Below, piece by piece: positions 1 to 20,800 of a DNA stretch of 64,000 nt. The notes under the pieces were generated by a model that was given only the letters and a program-made list of their open reading frames with translations, was not told the DNA's origin and searched no databases. The first letter of the stretch is position 1. The number at the start of each line of letters is the position of its first letter. The DNA is from the human T2T-CHM13v2.0 reference genome, Homo sapiens: assembly GCF_009914755.1 (NCBI RefSeq), contig NC_060939.1. The stretch is one strand, 5' to 3'. The translations under genes and the position numbers were made by a program.

Positions 1-3000
1 CTGGCAGAGCTGGAAATCTCCAAACAAGGCCTCAATCTATCCTCCAAATAAGCGAACAATTACCATACATACTCAAAACCCATTGCAGAAGGTACTTACA
101 AAATCTGTAAGTGTTCTAAGGGGCCCTGAGATTCTTGTTCATGCCCCATCTTTGCATTTTTACCAAGATTATACTGGTAACAAATAAGACACCGCATGCA
201 ACCTCAATAATCTTAGTGAAATTTCTCCATCAATGTTGATTGAGTGCAGTAGCCAATTTTTCTTTGCTTAGGTAGTTAATTGCATATTAAATGTTTGAAA
301 CATCCCGTTTAAGGTCCTCTGGCGCTACTAAGCATCTATCCTAGAGTGTGAGAGATTTTCCTCTTGCAATTTACCTGCAGATTTATATTAGTAACGGTTT
401 GCCAACTGTGGAACCAATTGTTGACATTCTATAAGAACCTGTTTGAACCCGTCAGAAGGTTTGATTATGAGGACCAGGATCTTAGTGAGGGCTCCATGCT
501 GGGGCCTCCTGGTATCCCCATCTTGTATTAGTGTTTGTTTTTTTAATAGCCACATCTTTAGCAAGCTTTACAATACTCAAAAGTTCTTTTATTTGCTGAC
601 CATTTTTAGTAGAGGCTCCTGCTGAGATTGAGAACTCTGTTTGTTCACAAACAAGACCAAGAACTACACACAAAGCATACGTGCCACCAGCACTCTCCTA
701 TCTCACTCAAACTGACCAGATCTGTAGAGCGAAATGAGTCCTGTCATCTGGCAGATTTTGCCTCTGGTAGTGATTATAAGGGTGAAGTATGTCACATCAT
801 GTGCCATCTGATATTCTTTTGTCCCAGTCTTAAAGTACAGCACATCAAAGAACAAGATGAAACATGGATTTTTAAAAAGAGATTACTAATACATCTATTT
901 AGGGCATAGTTTGTAAACAAAGACAGTACACAGCTTCTTCTTAAGGTAATGGAAAAAGTAGCAATTTTGAAAGTATTGCCATAAGTAATAAAGATGTGAG
1001 GTGCTGATGTGAAGTAATATTTCATAGGAATTTAAGCCTCTATGCTGAAAAGTATGTATTTTCAATTTTGTGTATTTTCAGTAAAGGTTATCCAGCAAGA
1101 GGGACTATGAAACTTAAAGGAGACCCTAACCTAAACCAAGCCAGCAGAGGCTTCCAGTAATTTAGCTGTTGTGGCTATTGCCACTGGGTGAAGATACAGA
1201 CTTCAATGAGCTGGCCCCTGAGGATTCTCCTGAAATGCATTTAGAACACCAAGAGCTTATCCCCAGCACTCATATACAAACTGGTAGAGAGTTCTGTGAT
1301 AATTAGGTAGGCCTAAAGTGGGAGGTCATTGGAAGGCTAATTTTAACTCACAAAAATCTCTTTGTGATTAGGTTCTTAGGGCTCAGTTTTGGCTACTCAT
1401 AAAGTGGGTAAGTCAGAGAGATGGGAAATTTTGGAAAATTTTGGAATGTTCTGCAATAAGCATCCAAGGAAACCCAGGAATCCTCTTAATGATCTCTTAA
1501 CTACTAGCCTGAAAAGTTTTGGATAGCTTATAATCTATCAGGCATAAAGGATTCATCTTCTTGGGATAAATCACATCATAGGTAACGAACTTAAACAAAA
1601 TTCTAACTTCTCTTTGGAAATTGTATGACCTTTCTGAGCTAAAACAAAGTAGATAGGTAGAATAAGTCTTAGAACTTGCTTTGTCTTTAGAACACAGTCA
1701 CTGGTCATTCATATTATCTATTGATAAGAGTGGAATCACAGAAATTTAGGGTCCTTGAAATCGTTGTGAAAAGTAGGAAGGTATCTAAGTAAATCCAGGG
1801 GATATAGTACAAGTATGCTGTTGATTTTGCCTAGGGTGTACCAACAAGTATAGAGTATTTTAATACAAAGGCACTATAACAAAAAAGTAGAACACAAATC
1901 TGCCACTATAAGATATGCAGCCTCAAGGACTCAGTGGAAATAAGATGGTATTTGGGTGGGGTATGATAAAGAAACAGCGATTATTCTATTTATGGTTCTG
2001 AAGTCCTGAAAAAATCTGCTATCTCTGCCACTGGGTTTTTGAGCATGGAGTGTAAAAGAATTATAAGGGCTGTTACAAAGTTTTTAGCTATTATTTTAGT
2101 CCTTTAGTCCTTTTTAATCTCTTGGTTTTAGAAGAGATTGTGCAAGTTGGGTAGCAGTTAAGGTGGATAAATCTGAGTCTTAACCGGGTTTATCCATAAG
2201 AATGTCAAGCACTTCCTTGAGATCTTCAATTTTGGCTTGATTTAGATTCAATAGTAGTCGTGAATCAATGTCCAGATTATCTATGGTTTCTTTATGAGTG
2301 AGGGAGTCAGAGACTCAAGGTCTAGACCATCCAGATAGCATTTAATTTACAGTTCCACCCACGTAGTAACTTCCTACCTATCATGTGAGTGAATATGGTA
2401 TTACAGAGAAAGAAAGAGTGTAATTTAGTTAAAGTCCAAGGGTGGCTGTAATGGGCTGGGATGTGAGGAATATTTGATAATTATTGCAGAAACCTACCAT
2501 GTGAGTAGTTTATTTTCAATGAAGAGGTTGTGTAATAGTGATAAGGTTTAAGGTTGATGATATTTAGCACCCATATCAGTTAAAAAAATTTGCAGAGTTG
2601 TCATTTAATATTTAGAGAAAGTTTTCTTTTTGACTTGAAAGATGAAATGTTTTGTGCTTGATACCCACCGGAAGCACCTTGATTTGTCACTTATTTCATG
2701 TTTTGCCCTTTGATTCTGAGCTAATGCAAAACAAGTGTTTTCCAATTTCCTTACTGCTTACAGGCGTCTTTATCAAGAGACTTCCTTATTCCGGGTTTAA
2801 TGTCTGGGATAGGAGGATGTAATTTTATCTCTACTTTGATTTTTTTTAATGAAACTCTTTCAAAATGTTTAGTGAGGTGCTAGAGATCTGATAATGGGAA
2901 TAATATTGCTCATTGTAGTTTTTTTTTACATATTAAATCCTGTTTTTTTGGCTTCAGTTCCTTTCTGCAAAATGGGGAAAGATGTGTGTGGGCTCATATC

Positions 3001-4629
3001 TGCTTCAAGGTCTACTGAGTCCTTCCTAAGGGTATTAAAGAGCCTATCTTCAATTTCTCCAATGGACACATCCTTTCTTTGCTTGCAGGACTGGATTATA
3101 AAACAATCTATTTTCACAGGGAAGACTTTAGGGGTAGTCTCCAAAAGACCTTGTCCAATATCTTCAGTTTTTCTAAAATTCTTTGTTTCCTGTAAAATTT
3201 GAAACTCTTTGGTTTCCTGTGGTCTTTTATGTCACCACTGAGACTGACCCATTTTGCCTTTTTCATGTACTTTTTTGCATCTAGGGTTATCACTAAAATA
3301 TGAACTCCTTGGTATAGATTTGGGAGCCCTGGATTCTAACTTCCTAAAGATGTTTTATAATCCTCGCAAGTTTTCCTCTATTCTGCCTGTGCTTTGAAGA
3401 GCCTTTGACGGGGTCTCTCATCTCAGAGTTAGATGGCTTAAAATCAACCACAGATGTTTCCCTGTTGTGAGGGTAGTTTAACATGAAGAGGTCATTGAGC
3501 TTTGGGGTTTTCTGGCTGTCTGAAAGAGAAGAAAAATTGTTCAGAGGGAGAGATGGGGGAGAGAATAATAATAGGATAAAGTCTATTTGGTTTGAGTTAT
3601 GATTTGTTGGTATCTAAAACAGAGAGAGAGTTTTTTTTTTCTTTTGCCCTGGCTAACAAATTTCATAAGAAAGCAGTTTTGAAATCTGAATTGCCTTTGG
3701 ATGTTTCTCAGATTAATTAAAAATGTAGACTACTGGATGTTTGAAATTTTGATCTATTTTTATTTTAATGTACTCTTAAAAAATTTTGTTCATAGAAAAA
3801 CTTCCCCCAAAGTGGCTGCTATAATTGTAACTCATCTCTGTTGAAATTATGCCATTTAAATAAGTATATGAATGTGGATTATCTTATAAACATATGGAAG
3901 AAGAAGTCCAGAGGGCGTTTGGAATTAGAATGAGACTGGAGGCATACCCTGAAAGTGTGGTAAAACTCTGAAAAAAATGTTGCTTATGACCCCTTGGGTC
4001 TCTCAACCTGATTTCTACATTGTCTAACTGTAGACCTGAAGGAATTTGCAGTTTCTTGGGGGTACATAAGATGTTAATAGGGGATTTCTCTTAGAACCAG
4101 ACTGATGATCAAGACAAGATTGAGGAAAATTGTCATAGGTTTTGATAAGGACCTAGGGAAAAATTTCTCCAAAGGACAGCAGGCTGAGAAGAAATCTTAC
4201 AAACTTCTCCATCCCTGGGGCTGTCTTGAGGGATCCACTTACCTGGGTCTCTCTCACTCTCTTCCCTATGAACATTCCTTATATATACACATGAAGTGGC
4301 AAAGACAAAGGCGAAGAGTAGCATCACTAGTAATAAGGCAGTTTCACCAAAGATAAATTTTTTTCAAGTCTGATCAAAGTGTTCCTGAAAAGAGTTCCTT
4401 ACCCTTAGGAGACAAAATAATCTCAGTATACTGGGAGTTCAATGAAAATATACTGGGGCTCAGTCCAATTTGATTTACTTAATACACTGTTGCACTAAGA
4501 GATAGTCCTGACCAGGAAGCTAAAAGGATATCTGAGGAGGACAATGAATTAAGGTTCTGAATTAAGGTTCTTGTGCCTAGGCTGCAAAGAGGTCTCAATC
4601 TTTATGGATCTTGGTGAGATCTCCAAGAT
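1..4629 (-). mobile_element. Decayed ERV internal region (gag-pro-pol), probably ERV1 class
   Basis: RNase H-like remnant SAGASTKNGQQIKELL (ORF 482-673). Protease-like motif FLTDMGA at 2566-2586. Capsid-like PKVFPVKIDCFIIQSCKQRKD (ORF 2926-3144). Gene order is correct relative to the PBS and LTR. Confidence 0.8.
4608..4625 (-). promoter_or_regulatory. Retroviral primer-binding site, tRNA-Gln type
   Basis: Plus strand ATCTTGGTGAGATCTCCA matches the tRNA-Gln 3' end ATCTCGGTGGGACCTCCA at 15/18, all mismatches being transitions. It lies 4 nt from the LTR end. Confidence 0.7.
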
Positions 4630-5129
4630 TGTTCAATACTGAATTCCTAGAAATACAACCTGAAGAATATTTTGATAAGGCAAAGCTGAGTTTATTCTTA
4701 ATGTGGTAAGAGAAAGCAATCCCCTAATAGATATTAATAACATTTTGGACAAGGAAGGACAAAGTTAGAATATTTATGAGACTTTAAAGGCTCATTTAAG
4801 ATGGGTCTTTAAATGCCAGGGCTTGATTAGGATTTGGCGAGGATTATGATAAAAGAGTTTACTGTTGGTGGACACAGCAAAGTAAAGATTTGGAGGTGAG
4901 GGATTCAAAAACTCTTAGAATATAAGCTATTGTCTGATGTTTTCTACTGATGAGTTAATAAGTTTCTAAGGAAGTTCTTGTAATAAATAATAAACATTAT
5001 TCACAACTTTTATTTTTCTGAGCAAGAATTTACTGGAATAGTAAAGTGAAAATAGTGCCAGTGAAAATAGTGGAAAATTTAAATTGGAGGCAATTAGCCA
5101 TGAGAGTGTACATGATTTTGTTTCTCACA
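4630..5129 (-). mobile_element. 5' LTR of the minus-strand ERV
   Basis: TG...CA termini (TGTGAGAAAC...TTGAACA), AATAAA at 4691-4696, adjacent PBS. The outer boundary is less certain. Confidence 0.65.
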
Positions 5130-5139
5130 GTGTCAGTTA

Positions 5140-5580
5140 ACATTTCCCCTCTGTGCAAATCCTTCAATAGTTTACAATTTGTTTATAATAAATGTCCGTA
5201 GAATGGCCCACAAAACTGGACCTGGTCAAGCCACTTTCTGTCACCTCTTACCTCTTAGCTACTACTTGCTGTTCTGGAACCACTGGGCCAGCTTCTGCAC
5301 CAGATTCTCTCTTGGCCCCAAGCATTTTTCCACCGTCTCTCTCTCTCTGCTTACTCCTCTGCCATCATCAGTTGTCAACTAGGCTAACCTGGTACACTTC
5401 TCTAAGTATCAATATCACTACAGTGTTGCTCTTTACCCCTTTCCACTATTTTCAACACTGATCATGTAATATAAAATATTATTTAATATTTTAAATGATT
5501 ATCCATCTCCTTGCACTAGAATGTAAACATGCTGACTGTAGAGATTTTTGTCTTTGTCTTTTACTGCTCCAACACCAATT
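5140..5580 (+). mobile_element. L2 LINE 3' fragment
   Basis: Resembles the L2 3' end (ctagaatgtaaacatgctgactgtagagatttttgtc); highly diverged. Confidence 0.5.
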
Positions 5581-6159
5581 CTCTGACTTTGAAGGCAATA
5601 AAAACTGACTTTAAACCTGAAAAGAAAGAGCTAAATTGCCTTCCAGTTCTTTGAAGTAAAAGTTTATACTTCAAAAGAATTGCTCTGGAAAGGGAGAAAC
5701 TGCAAGAGAAATTTCAACTTCTTGCTTCTCAAAGAGAAAGGCAAAATTATATAAAATTTTGAGGAAGGGTGGCATTTAGGTTAAATTTATAATAAACAGT
5801 ATAGCTGGGTTAGATGGAAGCAAATGGAGTTGGTCAGATGGGGTTGATTTGATCAAAGCCAAGTGGAAATGATTGGAAGGATTAGAGAGCAGACCAGTAC
5901 AAGCAGTGCTTGCTGATGTGGACATTTAAGTGAAAACTCATTTTGACCAATTTTGCAGCTTCCTGAGTATGGGGTGAGGATATCCTGTTCTTTAGGGGAT
6001 AATAAGATTTTCAGCTTCTTTTGTACATGTGATGATGCCTTTAGGCAAGGGTGATATTTTTCATTCTCATGACCAAAGCACAGACCATAAGTCTGAACAC
6101 AGAACACTATACATGGTAATCTAGGTACTCTATTTGCCTTTGTAGGTGATTGCAATTTT

Positions 6160-6952
6160 TTCCTTATTTAAAATTTTAAGACCATAAAGAATACTTGAAA
6201 AGTAACTTTTTACCAATCATTTAAAAAATACTGATTAAATGATAAAATCCCTTAAAAACACAGTTAATGCAAAAGCCACAAAAAGAAATATAAAATATAG
6301 CTTTACATCTGTTAAAGACACTGAACACATAATTAAAATATTCCCAAACAACAATGCTCCATGCTGAAATGTTCCACTAGTAAATTTTTACAAATATTTA
6401 AGGGAAAAATGTATAATTTTCATTTTCTCAGGATAGCTGACTTCTAGTAACTAAACATGACAAAGAACTATAAAAATTGAATTTACAGAACATGGCTACT
6501 AGGAATATAGATCCAAGTAGCCTGAACACAATAATAGTAAATCAAATTATGTGAATTTTTTTTTTTTTGAGATGGAGTCTTGCTCTCTTGCCCATGTTGG
6601 AGTGCAGTGGCACGATCTCTGCTCACTACAACCTTACAACCTCCACATCCCAGGTTCAAGTGATCCTCCTGCCTCAGCCCCACTAGTAGCTGGGATTACA
6701 GGCACTTGCCACCATGCCAGTTTAATTTTTGTATTTTTAGTAGAGACAGGGTTTTGCCATGCTGGCCAGGCTGGTCTTGAACTCCCGACCTCAGGTGATC
6801 CACCTGCCTCGGCCTCCCAAAGTGCTGGGATTATAGGCATGAGCCACCGCACCCAGCCAAAATATTTTTTTAAAAGGTCACTGCATTATAATCATTTGGG
6901 GTTTACTTGAGAAATGAAGATTTTTTTTTTAAACATTCAAAAAATCATTCAA
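6160..6952 (+). mobile_element. Old L1M ORF2 fragment (outer L1, left part; interrupted by an Alu)
   Basis: A-rich ORF2-like sequence that continues collinearly at 14690. Confidence 0.65.
6556..6858 (-). mobile_element. Alu (AluS-type)
   Basis: Poly-T followed by a full antisense Alu dimer ending gagccaccgcacccagcc. Confidence 0.97.
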
Positions 6953-14677
<7,725 letters not shown>

Positions 14678-14689
14678 AAAATCACTCAA

Positions 14690-16740
14690 TGTAAATCACT
14701 ATGGTAACATAAGAGAGAAGAAAAGTTATATGATCATCTCAAAAGAGAAAAAGCATTTGATAAAATATAAAAACTATTCTTTATAAATCTCTTTATTGGA
14801 ACTACGAATTTATGGGAACTAAAAATTGAAAAAAATTTAATGAGATAAAGGGTATTTACAAAATAAATTAATTGTAAAATTATTGACAGTGGAGATAGAG
14901 AAAGCTTTTTTATGAGATTGGGAATAAAAGAGGATTTTTTTTCATCATTTCTATTCATTACTATACTGGATGTCCTAACTAGGGGAGTAGAGTCATAGAA
15001 TAAGGATTGGAAATGGAAAGGTATAAGTTTCATTATTTACTGACAAGAAACAAGTCTGAACATGATCAATTAAAATTAGGAAGTTAATTGAGCAAGATTG
15101 CTGGGTTAAAAAGCAGATAACTAAAATGTATTTCTATGTAAAATGACAAATGAAAAATGAAGTTTTTAAAAGATAACATTTTTGGGAACATCAGAAACAT
15201 CAATTCCATAGGAAAAAATTCACACAAAATATTATGAAACATTATGGAAAGGAAGCAAGTAATACCTTACAAATGGAGGGATATAATATATTCACAGTGG
15301 CAAATGCAATTACATATACTATACATGTTAATTCTCCCCCAAATTCACTTAAAGATCCCAACGTAAGAGCATTCTAAATCTGAATGCCATTTATTAAATG
15401 TTCAATCTAATTTCAAGAATTATATATGACACAAAAAGTCAAGAAGAGCCAAGATAGTCTTGATGAAGATGACAATTTTGCATGAGTTACATGGCCAAAA
15501 TTTAAGGCCTACTATTGCAAGGTTACAGTTACTGACAAAAGACAGAAAACTAGCCTAATGGAGCAAAATAGAGACTCCACTCCACAAGCAGATCAATAGA
15601 TATATGATTACTTGCTTTATGATAAAAGTGCCACTCCTGCATGATGAGGAAAGAATGGTTTGTTCAATAGTTAGTGCTGGATATCAATACATAAAAAAGT
15701 GAATTCCTTTTCAAACCATACAGATCCATCATTTCTAGGTGTAATGTTGGTCTATTCATGAAAGGCAAAACAGTAAAGCTTCTTGAGCATAACATAACAT
15801 AGGAGGGTGTCATCATAATTTGGCAGAAAGTGAAAAATACCAATAACACTAAGCATAAAGGAAAATATTGATGAATTAGTCTGCATCCAAATTAAAATTT
15901 TTATTTCTCAAAGTATATAATCAGTGAAGAAGCATCGTATAAAAGATACAACTTGTACATGTCAAAAAGTTAGAAAACACTTAAATGGGTACTTCACAAA
16001 AGAGGATATCTGAATGGCCAATAAGCCTATGAAAAGGTATTCAAGGTCATTAGCCATGAGAAAAATAATTCAGACAACAATCAGATAAACATCTTCCAGT
16101 ATATCTAGACAGTCCCCAATTTATAATGGTTTGATTTATGATTTTTCCACTTTATGATGTTGTGAAAGTGGTATGCATTCAGTAGAAACCATACCTTGGA
16201 TTTTGAATTTTCATTTCCCGGGCTAGCCACTGGCAGTATGATACTCTAGTGAGGCTAGGCAGCAGCAGTGAGCCATAGCTCCTAGCAGTCATGCAGTTAT
16301 GAAGGTAAACAACCAATACTTCATCGCGTACTGTGCTGCCACCATTTTGACCCACTGTAGGCTAATGTAAGTGTTCTGAGCACATTTAAGGTAGGCTAGG
16401 CAAAGCTATGATGTTCAGTACATTAGGTGTACTAAAAGCATTTTTTATTTACAGTGTTTTTAACTTATAGTAGGTTTATTAGGAGGTAACTCCTTCATAA
16501 ATCAAGGATCATCTGTTTAAAATTTGAAAGTGTGTGTTTTTTAGAATTCTCTTAGTATTCACTGAAGTTGAATGGAGGCAACATACTCTCAGGTATATGG
16601 TTAACAAAAATTCATGCATGATTGACCCAAAATATGTATACATGAATGCTTATCATGGTGCCATATCTAATAGCAAAAATGGAAAACAAAGTGCCCAGGA
16701 GGAGTTGAAGGATAAGTAAACCTTAAAATATGCACATATT
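14690..16740 (+). mobile_element. Old L1M ORF2/3' region (outer L1, right part; interrupted by MER47)
   Basis: tatgatcatctcaaaagagaaaaagcatttgataaaat encodes the RT MIIS...KAFDKI region; further ORF2 C-terminal motifs follow. Confidence 0.75.
16106..16515 (-). mobile_element. MER47-like TcMar-Tigger non-autonomous DNA transposon
   Basis: Degenerate terminal inverted repeats; internal ctgtaggctaatgtaagtgttctgagcacatttaaggtaggctagg is typical of MER47. Confidence 0.8.
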
Positions 16741-17771
16741 CTCTCAAGGAACGTGGATAGTATTGTGACTGATTCTTCTCCATGTGTGATCCACATAGAT
16801 GATAAGATCATCATGAGAAGAACTTAATTTTATACTTGAGCTTTGCTTTGACTGAAAGATGAGAAATTTTGTGATTATTGGTATCATCTCTATGATGTCA
16901 TATTACCTAGATTCACATATTCTTAACTCCATTAAAATAGAAATTATATTTGTGGGCGGGGAACTTATTTTCATCCATCTCTGTTTCCTTCCAATTGAGC
17001 AATTCCTTATTTTATGTTAACCTGATTTTAGTGGTTCATTGCCATAATTCTTAGAAATTATATCTCATTTTTTCCTGTGATTTTACTGTATTGAAGTAAA
17101 TCTGGTTGGCAGGATATACAATATTACATGAATGAAATTTGCCTTTGGTAACTGAGAAAGTTCAAATAGACCTTGGTTCTAGCGAAGACTTGTTTCTAAG
17201 GAATTTAGATTCATTCTTTCAGACAGTATGAATATCATTATGGGGTCTTCTTCATGAGTTATGTATGTGATGGGATTCTTGTAAGATTTTCACCTTTTAC
17301 CTGAGCTTGCCTTGACTGAAAGTTGAGAAAATTTTGTGATTCATTGGTATAATTTCTACAGTGCAATATTTATTTGGATCTAAGCATGCAAGTAAAAAAA
17401 TTCATCCCTGTTATAGTATTTCAGGTTTGCAGTACGTTATGACATTTGTAGATCATTGATGGACTATGAATATTCAAGGGACCTGGCAATTGTACCCAGG
17501 GGATTGAGATCCAGATACTTGTTTGTTTGCCCATAGATATAAAATTAGGAGCTTCCTGATATCTAATTTACTTTTTTAGGAATAACACCCATGAGATACA
17601 GTTCTCATCTACTGCCCTACTCCTGTCCTTAGATAAATAACACCGGAAGAAGAAGACTCTCTGGCCTCTTACATCAGGGACACATGAAAAGCCACACTGA
17701 ATATGTATGAACTCCAATATACTTTCACAGAAGGGTTTAAGGATGCCATCCCTGGTTATAATTTTTAGGAC

Positions 17772-17774
<3 letters not shown>

Positions 17775-17825
<51 letters not shown>

Positions 17826-17836
17826 TACACACACAT
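17775..17836. repeat. (AT)n(AC)n compound microsatellite
   Basis: About 21 perfect AT units followed by an imperfect AC run. Confidence 0.97.
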
Positions 17837-20800
17837 TTAGGATAGATATATATTTAGGATATATAGGATAAATATATATATTTAGTGCCATGGTTTGGGT
17901 CATGAGGAGGTTTGATGACATAAAAATTATGCTCATAAGTATTATGCTGAGACCCATTCTTGGGAGGAGATGTGGGGGTGTCCTAGGCTGTGCAAAACAT
18001 AGCTATGGAAACAGAAGTTATTAAGAGAAAAGAACAAGCAGTCAGTGAGAATTTAGATAAGAGACTGTAATAGAATAAAAGTATCAGATTAGTGAATGGT
18101 TGTCCTAGTAATTTGGAAGAAAAGGAATAAAAAATGGAGTCAGACTACTAAATGGCAAAAATAAAGACTTGAAGAACTTAATTTTATACCTGAGCTTTGC
18201 TTTGATTGAAAGTTGAGAAATCTTGTGATTTGTCGGTATCATCATCTCAAATCAACTTATTTTTCATCTCAACATGAAGAATATCAGCTCTAGCCTTTTG
18301 GAATTTCAGCAACTCAGATGCTTGTTAGAACTTATCCAGGACTGCTTGCAGGACCCAAAATACTAATAATCCATATGCCTTTTTTTCCAGCTGAAATTAG
18401 CTGTCTTAAGAGTTGTTTTTCAGTGCTCTGAGGATATCCACAAATATATCCCAAGGCACTCTGAAGTGTGTTTTCAATCTTTGGCCCTGCACACTGGGGA
18501 TGCCCACTGGATGTTGCATGGAGTGTTGCCTCCAGTTGACTTTGATAGACACAATAAACACCACGTGAGAGCCCCCTCATGAAGGAGGGCTGAGGACTTG
18601 GAGTCCAATTCTCCACCTCCCCTGACAGATAGGCTATTCAATGCCTTGGGAATCCGACATGAAGGACTGCTTATAGCAGTCCTTGAAAACTTTCTACAGA
18701 ATGTGAACTGGGAGAAGCTAAATGCTGTACTCACAAGCTGGGTGACTTCTCCATTGATTTTTACCATAGCTCACTGAAACATTTTCTAAATTAACAGGTA
18801 TAAATTCACAGACAGATCAGAATAGATCCTTGGTCCTTTCCATTTTTCTGGCACTTTTGTTGCCAGGAATTCAAATACAACTAAGAGAAAAAGTGGGTAG
18901 CTAGCAAGAACAGATAGTTTCTCAAATATTAGTGGCAGTAACCCAACTTTGAGAAAATATGGAGAAAGAGAAGAAAAAACCCTTAAGACTGCAGTGTTAG
19001 CTGCCCAGTTACAATTATTCACAAAGTGAGCAAATACTTATTTGGGCCACCAATAAATAAGAGGGCACAAGCTAATGGGAAATTAATACGTCACTCATGT
19101 AAAAAGTCAACACATTAGAAAAAGGAATCTTGGATGAGATTGAGAAAGATGCAAGGGATAAAACCTGACAAGCTTTACAACCTCCTTGAGGAGGTCTTCC
19201 CTACTCTGTAAAATCAGACAGAAAATCATTGGCAAATGGAGCAAAGCATGGGCAAAACTGATATAATGAGGAAACAGAGCTGGGAAAGGATAAATTTATG
19301 TGTCTGTTTCTGTTTCCTATCTTTTAATCCTTTTTTACCCTTTCTTCTGGATACTGGAGCAACGTATTCTGCAATTTCTACAGGCCTTTTCTGTTTTATC
19401 CTAAACTAGGAAAATATCCAGATATAAGTATTTCTGGACTATCTGCTACCTCTTCTTTCTCCTCTGAGGTTTTCATGCAAATAGGCGAGGTCCTATTTGC
19501 ATAAAATAGGAAGAATATGCCTTGTCTCCTAATATGCCCAATAATCTTTTAAGAAAGGGCCTGCTGTGTAAACCAAGGGCTATGATCTTCTGTACTCTGA
19601 AGAGAGTGCTTTTGGAGCTTCTGGGATGCAAGGTATCTACATTGCTAAATATGTGCTTTCTGAAACAAAAGATGGCTGTGGGAGAGTAGGAGTCTCACTC
19701 AATGCTGGAGAAGCACTCCCAAGTTACAGAAAATAAACCCATATCTATGAGTCCTAGGAACAAATGATAAAGATTTAACAAAAGAGATCAATACCATTGT
19801 TGTAACTTACAACAGAGAAAAACCTTGGCCATGTATAGAACATTTTCTCTATTTTTACCTCAAATATGATGTAATTAGAAAAATTTTAAAAAACGTGGCA
19901 TAGTTAAAAAAAAATGGCACATTCACTTCATAATGCTTCCATATTGCCTGTGGGAAAGTTAGGAAAACTTGACAGGGAAGGTCAAACTGTTTATAGATTT
20001 ATGCATGATCTTAGAGAAACAAGTTGTGATTCCTCTGACACTTGTAATTCCCAGCCTTGCCACTGTTTTAATATCTGTTCCTGAGTTATCTAAGTATTTT
20101 TCTGTCATGGATTTATGTTCAATGTTTTGTTCTCCATGTTTAGCTGGGGAGTCGAGGTTCCTGTTTGAGTTTACCTGTGGAGCGGGAGGCTTTCAATATT
20201 TGTGGCAACGGATCTTCCTGGAATTCAGAGAGTCACCTACTCCATTCTCTGGGCATTTATAAGAAAATATAAAGAATATTCCTCACATTAGGATTCCATA
20301 CTAATTGTTATTGATAGCTGCTAATAACTTACATGCTAGTAAAGAAGACATTTTAGCTTTACTAAATTTCTTAGACTCCCAGGACGTAAAACCTCGCTAG
20401 CTAAGTTGCAATATTACCAACTGAAGTAAAATATTTGGGATCTGTGTTATTGGCAGATGGAAGGTGGTTGCATCTTGAAGTCAGCCTAATATACAAATGA
20501 AACAACATGCCAAAAAAAAACTTCACCGATTTTGAGGATTAATTGTAGATCTTTGCGTTTTATGAAAAGGCTAAGCCTCTCACTGAGATGTTACATGAAA
20601 CATCACTAGAACTCTTTATTAAAGTCAAAATAAGGCTGAAGAAGTCTTTTATGCCCTTAAAATAGCTGCTATTTCTTCACTTGTATTACTTTTTTAACCT
20701 TGTTAAAAAAGGAGTTCTACCTTTTCTGTCTTGAGATTAAGGGTTACTCCAAAATGAGGCCTTGATTATAGGCACATTGCTTACTTTCCCAGGTTCTTGT

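Noticed and set aside
5590-6155. Possible additional LTR-derived segment
   Set aside because: Could not identify termini or family by eye.
17568-17957. 129-aa ORF with a YIYIYI run
   Set aside because: Translation of the (AT)n microsatellite.
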